Source: Pelomyxa schiedti (Eukaryota; Protista; Evosea). From it: a stretch of DNA of 64,000 bases. The notes beneath the pieces are model-generated. The model was not told the DNA's origin. It saw only the letters and a list, made by a program, of their open reading frames with translations, and made no database searches. Where the stretch lies: assembly GCA_020536535.1 (NCBI GenBank), contig JAHLWZ010000004.1, forward strand, positions 124,001 through 188,000. The letters are read 5' to 3'. Both the position numbers and the translations under genes were made by a program. Positions 1 through 11,740 of this stretch are shown here, in pieces. Position 1 is the first letter of the stretch, and each line of letters opens with the position of its first letter.

Positions 1-3000
1 TGGTATTAGATTGGGAATAAACTGTGACAGCACTGGTACCACGCTGTAAGCCATGGAGGATTTGCAGAATTTCAGTAAAGAACACCTGGAAATGTGAACC
101 TTGGTTGGAAAGTAGGGAGGAAAAAACCTCGGTGGCATCACGACTGAATTGAAGTGTGATTAAGAACCTTAAGTTCGCATGAGATAAAAAATAAGGGATA
201 TCAAATCTTGCCGGAATATTGAGGCTAAAGGAAGTCACAGTGGGACACAAAAAAGAGAGGATATACATGTCTTCTTGTAATTTATTGGAGGGTGGGTATT
301 ATAGAACCTCAGTGCTAATCTCAAAGCTTCCTGGCACACTACTGAGAGTAAGTGAACCAAGAAGAAGGGTTATCCTCACGTGTGAGATTTGTAGAAGGTC
401 CGTCATTACAAATACTTGCAATGTGCAGTATGATGTTTCCTGTCATCCCAGGAATTTTTTCAGCTGCTCTTAGAAGGCCCATAAGCACGGTGGGATCACT
501 TTTATTAAAGTAGGACCTTGCCTGTCACTCATGAGTGCAAGGCTTATTTTCAAGTCCAAAAAAGAACCTTGAATTCCATTAAATGCAACAGTGGAAAAGC
601 TTTCTGTATTTGAAGCGCTACAGAAATATTAATCATTGGTTCATTTTTCTTAGAGATCACCTGCTGGTGTAAGTGTTTGCATTTGATTGCACACATTCTT
701 GCATGTTTCTATCATGGAAAGAGTCTCCCGAAGTGGTTCTTCCTGAAAGTTGTTTGAACGAACGATTGATGGATATGTATCATCGCCTTACCAATGCTGA
801 GGAACTAGAGTGAAGCCGGTCAAGCTTTTCGAACATCGCTCCAATTGCCATCTTGGAATCCTTAAATAAAAAGAAAAAAACGCTGGAACGAATAACCAAA
901 AGAGATCTAATGTACTGATCAGTTTAACGAGGAAACAAGTTGAAGGTACTTGTGTTGCATGTCCAAGGACTGTATTGTAGTACCTAGCAGAGTACTGAAG
1001 GTCCTATTCCCAGTTAGGAAAATGCATTCCCCAAAAACTCACCATGCGCTCTTAAATAAAGCGAGAGCATGGTCAAACTCAGTACGAGAGATGGCACAAC
1101 ATCTGAGAACAGTATTCAGATGAAACGGGAAAAAGAGGGCACTGTACCCCATATTCCATGAAAAAGAATTGAACCTACACAAATCTTGTCAGTGTGCAGC
1201 TTAAGTTGCTCAACCATTGGATCTCTTCCACGGTAGAACCAAAGACCACCTGGGCTCCAAACTTTGAAATCCAGTCACATAGAGTCTTAGTTTATTGTTT
1301 GCAGAACTTCTTTGAGTACTGAAATCTTACCTTGATATGGTGTGAAATTTTCACCAGCTGGACAACTGGGATCAAATCCGCAGTAGTGTTCCTAAAGTTT
1401 GTAAGAGCCTACTACCTAGTGGAAAGGTATACAGGGCCGTTGCAGAACCAAAATCGTTTTTTGCGAGTATTTTAACGAGACTTCTGGTGAGAATGGCAGC
1501 ATGCCCTGGGACTGACGAATCCGGGTGATAGTTGCACATAAGAGACTCAAGTGCACCTGCCGCCACTTCAAGTTCTTCCATCTGAAAATAGGTGCCATTC
1601 AAAGAGGAGAAGGTGAAAGGGAATAAACTTCAAATGCAGTTTGAGCACACAGTTCTGATTGGTGTGAGAATACTGAGTACCAACAGAAAAACATACCGAC
1701 ACATCCCTGCCAAAGCTCGGATCCAGCAAAGTTCTCGCAGATTATCTTTAATTCTTCTTTGCCTGATATTATTTTAGGGAAGGCATTTTCAACAGTATGA
1801 CTGCACATCGCAACAGGTCCCTCAAATGGAGCTGTGCAGCAAATAAAACGTAGTGCGCGGAAATTTGTGACGAATCGTGTTTTAGAGACTCTTGTACCAC
1901 TCTGACTGCTTCAGTGTAATTTTTCAGCTGTAAATTGCACTGCCCTTGAACTCTAGGAACTCGTATTTTACATTGGAAAGCCGCCAAGAAAATACCTCAG
2001 ACAGCGGGCAAGAGAAGTCTTGTTATCGTCACTGTAGGACCACAACTTTGCGGCCCAGCTCAACCACTCAATACTACAAAGAAACCATGAAAGGAGATCC
2101 AATGTTCTCTGTACCAAACCACAGATGATAGTCCTTATCCTAACGGGAAGTTAAAATTCAAAATAAAGTAATGATCCGGCCCACTTGGAAATAAGATGCC
2201 CCAATATCCCAAGAGAGATGAGCCTATGTTTAAATTGGTAAATGGCAGAAATAGTAGTCTTACCATATGTATAAAAACGTTTGGTTCTAGTTGCTGTGCG
2301 AAGTTTCCTGCGAAAAGCTCAGAGGGATATGAAACGTGCCCAAACCGTACCAGCTAGAACTTCTTGAAACAATGCTTTAGTTGTAGAGTAGTCACGAACT
2401 GGAGGCATTACAAGAACCTACATAAAATCACAATAAATAATTGTGAAGCTGGTTTACCTCCAAGTAAGATATTAGAAGGGCTGAGAACGCACTGGGGCAA
2501 CACTTTGAGGGGTCCCTTTGATACTGCTGACAAATAGATGCATATATCTTTACTGCAATTTCATGCCTTTTTTTTATTTTTTTGCCAGTTGGTTGTTGTG
2601 TTGTTTGTCATTGTTTCTGTACCTGTTGTGCTTGGAAAAGAGAGAACAAAGGGCAATTACACTAGCACCTGGGTCAAAAAAACTTAAAGAGAAGAAATCT
2701 CTCACAGGTCAGGGGTACAGGAAGATTGTTGGGTGAAAGTTATAGCTTCTTTCTCGGCGAACTCAGAGTTGTGCAATGACAAGTAACACCGAATCAACGT
2801 CAATCGCCCAATGGGTGTATCTACTATCTAGTAATTTTAGATGCTTTCTCAAAGGTATCCACTAACCGAGTTGCTTGCAAGAATACTATTCAGAGCTTTT
2901 TCAAAGTTTTCACTTTCCAAATAAGCCTCTGCCAGAAGTCGTAGAGTTCGTGCTTGCCTGATATTTTTTCTATGAGACTATAATGGTAAGAATGCACACC

Positions 3001-4180
3001 TCTCCACATTTTTCGGTGCTGTGGATTCATTTACTACAAGGAGTGAGTAGTCTAATTGTCTGCTGTTGATTTGATACCTTCCAGAGATTCCTATACGGAA
3101 AACATTAATACTATATTTAATCTCGGTAAATCTTACTTGAAGCCAGCGTACTGCCTCTGGGAAATCTTTTTTTTCAGTATTGGACAATCCGAGATTGAAA
3201 CACATAGCGGCCAACTTGGACAAGGTCAGCAGCAATCAAAAGGAATGCAAATTACATATTCGGCTTCGGCAGGCAGGTCAGTCAATAGCTACAGGCTGTG
3301 TGAGTATAGGGGAGTCTATGAGCTATAATACTTCTTTTGCCCTCGTATACAAGTTGTAAGTAACTTCTTTTTGTTGCATACTCCAAGCCTATAAATAAAT
3401 ACTCATGAGTTAATTTCTCATCCAAGTTCGTACTGTTTCTGCTCGCCAGCAATATATCTGCACTGGGTTGTAAATAAGAAATACCTCTGATTACACTTAC
3501 GGAGAAGAGAATGGATTTTCGTGTTGTGAGTGCAGTCAGGGAGGGGCACTGGTGCAATTCCCGAAGTTTCTCCCATACCTCCATCTCAATAAGAGATGAA
3601 AATGAAAGAAGCTCAAATACCTCAAGAGCGGAAACAAAGCACCTTTGACTTAGGTCATAATTTTTGGCATCTGACGTTTCAGTTGGAAATGAAATAGGAA
3701 TAGTGGCGGCACACCAGCCCAACTTTTCCCAGTGAGTCCTAAGAATTTGAATTGTGTCACTAAGGTAGACTCAGAGGGTTTATCAATGGCAAGAATTGCA
3801 AATGACAAATAGTCACAAGCCAGATGGCGAACTAGAGGTTTTCAAAACAAATTTGCCGAATTCATCCTGTTGTACTCTTTGCAATAATCACGGCGTCAAT
3901 CTTCAAAGCTGCAACTTTCACAGCACAGTTCCACACAGAATATACCAACTTGCACACGCGATGTGCCTGTTCCTCACAAGAAAGGGCAGGAAACGACACC
4001 AGCGTTGCTCTGTGTCCAGTGAGAAACTGCGGCACGAATCAACCTCATAGAGCCAACAAACCTCAGAGCCTCCAGAAGGGTAGCTATTGTTGCAAAAGAG
4101 TCCGGTTGCAATGTGGCATTTTCAAGTTTTGTGACGAGATCTGAGCACTCCACAAACACGTCCCTCGTACCACCACTCAT
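1..4180 (-). CDS. ZIP4: Meiotic ZMM TPR scaffold SPO22/ZIP4/TEX11 (multi-exon; 3' end runs off the left edge)
   Basis: ATG at 4180 (MSGGTRDVFVECSDLVTKLE). Exons give TPR-like helices: AKNYDLSQRCFVSALE, LSKLAAMCFNLGLSNTEKKDFPEAVRWLQ, QCNLQLKNYTEAVRVVQESLKHD, LLHLMEFK, CQEALRLALRFY. These follow the order of TEX11/ZIP4 motifs as I recall them. No stop before position 1. Confidence 0.8.
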
Positions 4181-4305
4181 GATAACAAAACAAAAACCAA
4201 GAAAAAAAAAAGGTTTTCTTGGGCTTGGGCAATTACACCACACTGACATGACACCAGGGAAGTGGTGTCAAAAGGCAAAATTCCGACTGTGGCACTGACA
4301 TAGTA

Positions 4306-7300
4306 TCAACAAAAGGCATTGAAAAGGGTTTGCAGAAAATTGGACTGGAGGTGATTGATGGTCTCTTCACGTTGGTTGTTGTCGTTGATGTCGGGGTGTC
4401 CTACAACCTTCATCTATATTCGTTCAGCAGTTGAACAAAAAAAATGGGGGAAAAAAAGAAATACCAGGATTGCAAGTTTGGTGTCATCCCTGTGAGTATG
4501 AGAGTACATGTCTAGTGTGGAGTGAGATACTTTATTCACAACTTACGATAGTATACATATAAAACGCTCCAGGAGTGGGATTTCCCAAATGTATTGTAGG
4601 TAATCCCAGTTGTCTGACAGAGCCACAAGTGCTGGAGAGGTGCTTTGGAGGATGGACAGTGCCCTCTCTAAGTATTTTTGGTGGAATTGGCAAAGTATGA
4701 CGGCAGGAGTGTAGGCTAAAAATTGTTCCTTTGAGGAATGTAACAGTGGTTACTAATATACCTTTCAGGTTCACTAGGCATTCTATCAAGCTGGGTAGAA
4801 TGTAACTCATGGAACTATCAGCCTTATATTTTAGATCTTTTGTAGTAAAAAAAGCGGTCTCCATTGCTTCACTCAACATGTAAAATCTATTTATTGGTGA
4901 CTTGGAAGGTGAAAAAAACGATAATGACCTCACGGCATCGTGATATAAACAAGAAAAGTAATGGGCATCACCTAGGTGAATCAACAAGCTCGAGTCACAG
5001 GGCTTTCTATCTAGATTTTTGAGGCGTAAAGTAAGTTGCAGGAACATCAAATAAGTGCCCTCTTCACTGGTTTGTGCAAAGAAAGAACTGTGGAAAATAT
5101 AAGGTACGAAGGTAAAGGTTTTTCGCCAACGTTGAAAACTGTTTAACAATGCCCGAGCTGTAAATATTGTGAGTATCCACGGTTTCCAGAGTTGTTGTAG
5201 TGCGATTTTTCTGTTTTCTTTCAAGGGCACAGGCGCCGAATAGTGACACAAGGGACTGGAGGAGTTTCCTGTTATCAAGATGGGATAACAGCCCATGGGC
5301 ACAATCCCAGGGAGTTGAATTTTCAACTGCCTTTTCCATGGTAACGAAAAGAGTAAGAAGAGGAAGTACGCACTGTATATGTAACAGGTGAAATCCGATT
5401 TAGTACGTTGTAAACTATTCTCTCAAATGGTTTCGGTAGACGGGGTGCGCCCTCAAGGTGAATGGCAATTGCAGCAAGAGAAGTACCCACAGAAATGAGA
5501 GCCGTCTGCCGGGCACTTAGTGTTTCATCTATAGGGAAGTTACCGAAGGTAATAGAAGAAAAGCGGGGGTGACCTCTTCTCCTAAAAGGAAAAGAACACA
5601 AATTTTCCCATAGTTCAATATTTAAATAAAGTGCTAAGGTTAATTCCTAGCACTTAGTTAAGATATTCGAAAAAATTGGATGGGGGAGACCAGGCGGGGA
5701 ATTGAATTGTTCCCTCCACAACTCCAACCACTTTCAAAGCTGGATATTTTCCCAAATAATTCAGGGTTGTAGGTGGGATTCTTGACTGGATCTAGGTTGG
5801 AGTGTATCTCAGAAAGTGAAACACTGAATCCTCCCATATTGCTCATTTTACTGGATTGGAAGATTTTGATATTGTCATGTAAACCCTATAACACATGTAG
5901 GTTCTTCAGTGGAAAACTTGAGTACTTTTTGGTAGAAAAGCTTTATCCTGTACTCACTGTAATCGTGGTACTCCTTGTGCTCTGCCTGGGGAAGCTTGCC
6001 AAGCAACTTATCAGCGGCATCACAGGGATTGTTGTCTGTGAATATCTTGCGGCGTAAATTAAAACGTTCTAGCTCGGCCTCAAGCTCATCATCGTCATGA
6101 CTTGCCTCAAAATTTTTTTGTTCATTCCTTCTCATCACGCAACCCCTTTGTGGTATGGATATTCCTGCAAGAGTTTAGAAGTGTCTCCCCATGTTACTCT
6201 TGTTGGTTGAGAGGGAAAATGAATACTTACGTAAGTTTCGCAGTCTGCTCGCAGCTGTTGAAGGGAAGAGTAATGGAAACACCTGTTTAAGGTGTGAAGT
6301 TCCGAGTACTTTCTTCGCTGATGGAGCTCTTTGAGCACTTGGCTCACAAATCTGCAAAAGAGATGGCAACTCACTCAGTTGTGTTGTTCTAGTTTTGTCA
6401 GAAGGTGGGGGAATTGTCGACCACACCTGAAATTAAACGGCATGTTAAGTTTCTTGGCTTCTTCAACACGGCTGTTTAGTAAGAAATACTTAACGAGCTC
6501 ACACAAGGTACTTTGTATTAGTCTACAAACAGTGAATGAAAGTTTATTCCTTGATCTCGTTCTTTACGCAATTGACTTCAGGGTCTTAGGTTGGTTGGAG
6601 GTTTTAGCAATCCACTCGGAAACTTCAGCCACTGATCCAGAGGTCAACTTATCCCAGTGCCTTCCAAGATCCTGAATAGCATTTTGAATGTCCCTGGAGA
6701 TGTCAGCATTATTGCCCGATGTTTGTCCCGCAGCGGGGAATTACATAGTGAGCTTAGGGGTTCTTGGCTTTTGGGAGGTCTTTTCGAGCCACTCGTATAT
6801 TGATGCACTGTCTCGAGATGCTAAATCGATCCAGCAGTAGGGAAGTAAAAAAGCTCCAATGTTTTCAAAAGAATATGGCACAGGCACAGGTAGTCCTGCA
6901 GTAGCACCTAGATTTGGTGGCAACTCTGGACCACGAATGTGTGTTCTCAAAATCCATCGATGTGGATTCACCTCATGCTCCCTTAAGGTAAAAAGAGATA
7001 AGGACAGCAAAGTGGAGGGAAGGGGAAACCAAACATTGACTCAGGGTATGTGCGGTGCAACAAGTCCAATAACAAGTGTTGGTGTGATTTGGGAAGGATT
7101 TCGTTTTCAATTGTCACCAAGTCCAGCTCCATTTCGTGGGCTACCTTGTAATGCAGAATATAAGAAACTCAATTCTGAGCACGAGTAGACTCCAAAGGAG
7201 CTCTTGCCTTGGCAGCATAAGATCTCAGTATTGCGGAACGCGACGGCTGTGAGCCTGAAGTAGCCGCCACTGTGGGTGCATTATCGAGGAAAATCTTAAT

Positions 7301-7611
7301 CAGGTCTGTCGCAGAGGGATTTCGTGCTGTCCCATTTTTCAATCCATTTATCTGTGGGGTTTTTTTTTTTTTTGTTGTTGTTGTTTGTTTGTTTGTGGGT
7401 TTGTTTAATGCAGCGGTTCTATCCAAGCGAATCTCACATGATAGTCCAACTTGGCCGGCTCCAGCAAGAAATCGTACCACGACGTGGCCCGTGACTGGGG
7501 GACAGACTCGCAAACTACAGCAATTGTGGGACTGGGGGCAGTCGAGATCGGTGAGACAGGGATTGTTTCCGGAGCATCGTCGAGATCCAGGTCCTCCTTG
7601 TCGCACTGCAT
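4306..7611 (-). CDS. INTS8: Integrator complex subunit 8 (multi-exon)
   Basis: N-terminal TSWYDFLLEPAKLDYHV and NPSATDLIKIFLDNAP...SRSAILRSYAAK resemble human INTS8 TCWFEFLLEESLLEKHL / PAPVQLIVQFLEQ. Also HRWILRTHIR. C-terminal RKPCDSSLLIHLGDAHYFSCLYHDAVR...YMYSHTHRDDTKLAIL/MKVVGHPDINDNNQ...FLQTLFNAFC* parallels the INTS8 C-terminus. TGA stop at 4306-4308. Some middle exon boundaries are unresolved. Confidence 0.82.
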
Positions 7612-7838
7612 TTCTCGTGTGCACCAACGAAACTTTTTTGTTTAATTTCCTTGTAGATCGGACAAATCGAAGCCAAGAAGAAAGGAACTGGGAAAAGGGT
7701 ACTGGGGAAGCGGTTCTGCCGTGACATCTTTCCCCGGAGCTGAGGATCCAATGTCCACTGGCCAGTTCTGCCATAACTTTTCGTTCCACTTCGCGTTTCG
7801 TTTTTTGATAGATCCATCAGTATTTATTTAATTACCCA

Positions 7839-9399
7839 ATGTCGGCGTCGGGGGTGCGGAGCCTGGGACAGTTGAAGGGGATCTTAAGGGATGAGATTGG
7901 AAGAGTAGACGCCATTGCGCGTACAGAGGGGACAGTTTCTGTCGTTATACCACCTCCCCTTACTACATCTACATCGGCGAGCGCTGCTGTTGCATCTGGT
8001 ACCACGCCTACGTCGTCTACTTCTTCGTCTGCGTCTGCATCTGCACCTACATCTACATCTGCGTCTACGTCCACGGCCACATCCACTTCTACAACTTCTT
8101 CCACCTCTGCTACTTCTTCGTCTGTCACGACCAACATTCCTCCAGTGGCAGGTTTGTTGTTACTTTATGTAGCGATTCCTGACCAATAACTATTTTTCCC
8201 AGAGGAGCTTAAGGTTGCTGCCAAACAGCTTCGTGATTCCTCCACCCAATGTGAGTGGGAACGCACTTTTTTAACGTTTGTCTTTGGACTTATAGTGCTA
8301 CACAGTTGTTATGGCTGTCAAAGGACCAGCCCTCATGATGGGAGGCGGTGTACCAGTTATCGACGCTGATGCCATAGCGGCAATCAAACAGTTCGCTGAG
8401 TGCTGTAATGTATTATGCAGAGCTTTTGAGGCGAGCTACTGCTTACTGTGCACTCCAGTCGCCAACACACTTCGTAATCTTGTAAAGAAAACGCTTGTAT
8501 CTGCTGTGCAAGTACTTTTCCTTTGTCACCTTCCTTCTATTGTACTCATTTCTGACAGCTGACGACTGAAATTGAAGGAGCTGGCTCGAAGTCAATATCG
8601 ACGCACATGGGTATGAGAAACAACAATTAAGCGGTTTTTAAGACGAATAAATAGGGACCCTGTGGAATTGTTGCTCTGCCATCGCAGAATTTCAGTTCAA
8701 CAACACCGAAGCAGTTTCCATTGAAATAGAAAAGTGGATTCCTTCAATCAAGGATGCTATTGAGGAGTTGAACGCTGCGCTTGCCGATCCAGATGAGGAC
8801 TTTGCTGATTTGCAACAGCAACTTGCCGATTTGCATGTGACGGTGCCAGAGGATGCGGAGGAGGATGACGAAGATAGCGAAGAGGAAGATGAAGCTACAG
8901 GAGGCTTCTCCACTGAAGAAGCTGAGGTTGGTATGCTCATTCTAAGAATTGTGGTGGTACTTACGTTGAACAGCTTGTACCCCACGTTGTAGCATTAGTG
9001 AAAATGGCAGTTGTCCTGATTAGAAACCTCGCTACTGTGACGCGAAAATCAACATCCAGCGCACATAATTGGATGGAACAGTGCATTCAGAGTGCATCAG
9101 GTTCCCTCTTCAATACAATTACAGCCAATACACCATTCTCACATACATTTTCACCTTGAACAGAGGCCGCAAAGCAAGTGGATGAGCTATGTCTAGCCAC
9201 ATATCCACCCCAGAGAAAGGACCCACTTTCTCTGCACACCAAACATCTTTTTGATGCGGAAGTGTCATTGCTCTCTCTGGCAATGCACCCAGATGTGACA
9301 GTCACCGAAACTGAACAACAACTGTTCAGTATGTACCGGGTAAAACTAGACACACTGTATGCCACAATCCAAGGCCAACTCCTTTCCCGGCGCAGATGA
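7839..9399 (+). CDS. CCNDBP1: GCIP / cyclin-D1-binding protein 1 family helical protein with Ser/Thr-rich insert and acidic loop
   Basis: Spliced exons give TLWNCCSAIAEFQFNNTEAVSIEIEKWIPSIKDAIEEL, an acidic EEDDEDSEEE stretch, and VDELCLATYPP, all typical GCIP-family motifs. TGA at 9397-9399. Confidence 0.65.
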
Positions 9400-9450
9400 C
9401 AGCAATAAACAAACAAAACCAACCCACCTCCTTTCTAGAAACCTTCTTGT

Positions 9451-9480
9451 GTAGGTGTATCCTAATCAGGATACACCTAC
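9451..9480. other. Perfect 13-bp inverted repeat (hairpin, 4-nt loop) in the GCIP-IFT52 intergenic region
   Basis: GTAGGTGTATCCT-AATC-AGGATACACCTAC; the arms 9451-9463 and 9468-9480 are exact reverse complements. Confidence 0.9.
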
Positions 9481-9592
9481 TGAAAGACACTTTCTCAGCC
9501 CAAGAGGCAAACAACCACTTGATCTTTGCGTTTCACAGCACTTTTCCACGCAGACCTGTATTCCAGGAAAAGTGACCATCAAAAACCCAAAC

Positions 9593-11682
9593 ATGCAAAT
9601 GGACTCGCGAGGAAACCGAACACGTTCCGGGCGTTCAGATGCCTCGACTACCTCGAACCCCACCACAACCACGACGACGACCACCACCTCGGCCCATAAT
9701 GCAGACCGGAGGCAACGACACCAGCAGCAACCGCCAAGCAACAACAACCAAGGGCCAGCAGCGAACAGCGGGCCTATGACGGTATTGTTCGACACGTACA
9801 AAAAGGAGTCGAAGCACCCATTATCGACAGCCGGTGGTTTCGACCGTTTCGCGTCGAAACTGAGAGCGTCCGGGAAATACAAGCCGCTGACGTAAGTACC
9901 CGCCACATACCCAAACACGGCACTGCACCATTATGGGATAGGCCTGTCCCATAATGCGTCCTAATAACTCCGTGTAGGAACAAAGAGCCTTTCACTCTCG
10001 CGAAGTTGCAACCACATGCAATCGTGGTACTAGGGTGCCCGAGGGAGCCATTCACGGAACATGATGTGTGCTGATCCTGAACTGCTTGAATTTAACAGTC
10101 AAATTAAGTCCTCCCTAAGATTCACGTTTTGAATGAATATCTTGATGGTGGTGGAAGTATCTTGCTGTGCCTGTCAGAAAGTGGCAAGTGCAGTGCAAAC
10201 ATTAATAATTGGATACAAGAATATGGCATCAAAGCAAAGCCTGATGCTGTAGTGAGAACTTCATTTCTCAAGTATCACCACCCAAAGGTCTGTTTCCACT
10301 GTTTTGCCATCCAGTAACTTCTTTCTTAAAAAACAAAAAAAATTCCTTCTGTAAAGGAAGTTCTTATTAGCACTGGTGGTGTTATCAACCGTGAAATAAA
10401 CATAATTGCTGGAAAACGACCAAATGCAGCAGTCACCCTGGTGGCTTTGCAATCACTTTCAAAACCCCGAGACACTTCAATGCCAGTCGACTCTGCCTCT
10501 GCAGGACCAAAACCAAAATCACTTCTGCCATTTTACGCCAAACACTCCGAAATGTATGTCTGGTATTGAATACGGCCTTGGATCAACTCATAAATAGATT
10601 ATCAGATACACTCACCTTCGTTTATCCTTATGGATGCACTTTGGAGGTGGAACGCCCCTCGGTGCCCGTACTCTCTACCAGTGCTGTGGCATACCCTGCT
10701 GAGAAGCCTATAGCCACATTCTACACTACTCCTGTGCGAGAGGCATGCTGCCAACTTCTTTTTTCCTCCAAAAAGAATTTGAATAATAAGAATTCAATAA
10801 TTTCATTAGGGGTTCCAAAGAGAAGGGCATCTTGTTGTTATTGGTTCTGCACACATCTTTGACAGACAGTGGCTGGACCGAGAAGAAAACGAAAAATTGT
10901 TGGTATGCCGTCACATGCTCTCGATTTCTATAACATCCAATTAATTTAGGATGTATTTCTTAAATGGTTGACTCCTGGACAACATTTCCCCCTCAACTCA
11001 ATTGATGCTAACGTGCGGTTAACCTCAACTGTTACTCACGTTCCCGACATAGAATCACTTGCTGAAAAACTACGTCCGTGCTTGCAGGTATTTTCTCTAC
11101 AAACTGCTTTCAGTTTTTCTTACTGAGGGAAGGATATCGAGGAGGCCCCAAAAAACTTGCACTCCCTTTTCGATGACTCGTTGTTCTCCTTTAACACTTC
11201 ACTCATTCCCGAGGCGGTCGCTCTTTATGAGGTATGGCTTTGCCTTCCCTAGAATTGTATTTACTGGAATTAGAAACTCGGAGTTGCACACCAGCCCCTC
11301 TCTTTGATTGTACCCCGCTTCGAAGCCCCTTTACCACCACTTCAACCGGCTGTATTTCCACCGATTGTGTGCGAACCAGAACCCCCTCTCCTGGAGTTAT
11401 ATGACTTAGACACTCAATTTGCCAGTGAGAAAGTGCGGCTAGCGCATCAGACAAATTCATGTACTACTCTTTTCTACCTATTCCCACGGATTCGAGACAT
11501 GACAATACATAACAGGCACAGAGGAGCACCTCGAGTACTACATACAAACATGTGGGGAGATACTTGGGGTATCCCAGTTTTTGCCTGATGAACACAAGTC
11601 TTCTCCTAAACACATACTGGCCTATGTATTCAAAAACGTAGTCAACTGGAAGAAAATCAATTTCACTTCTGGATGTACATAA
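9593..11682 (+). CDS. IFT52: Intraflagellar transport protein 52 (multi-exon)
   Basis: TVLFDTYKKE, VVLGCPREPFT, EYLDGGGSILLCLSESG, DAVVRTSFLKYHHPKE, LTFVYPYGCTLEV, VPDIESLAEKLRPCLQ, LSLIVPRFEAPLPPLQPAVFPP, LELYDLDTQFASEKVRLAHQTN, KHILAYVFKNVVNWKK. TAA at 11680-11682. Confidence 0.95.
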
Positions 11683-11740
11683 AAACAAACCCAAGAAAAA
11701 AAGCGTTGTTTTATTTTTGAATTGCCTTCCTTTACTGTCA

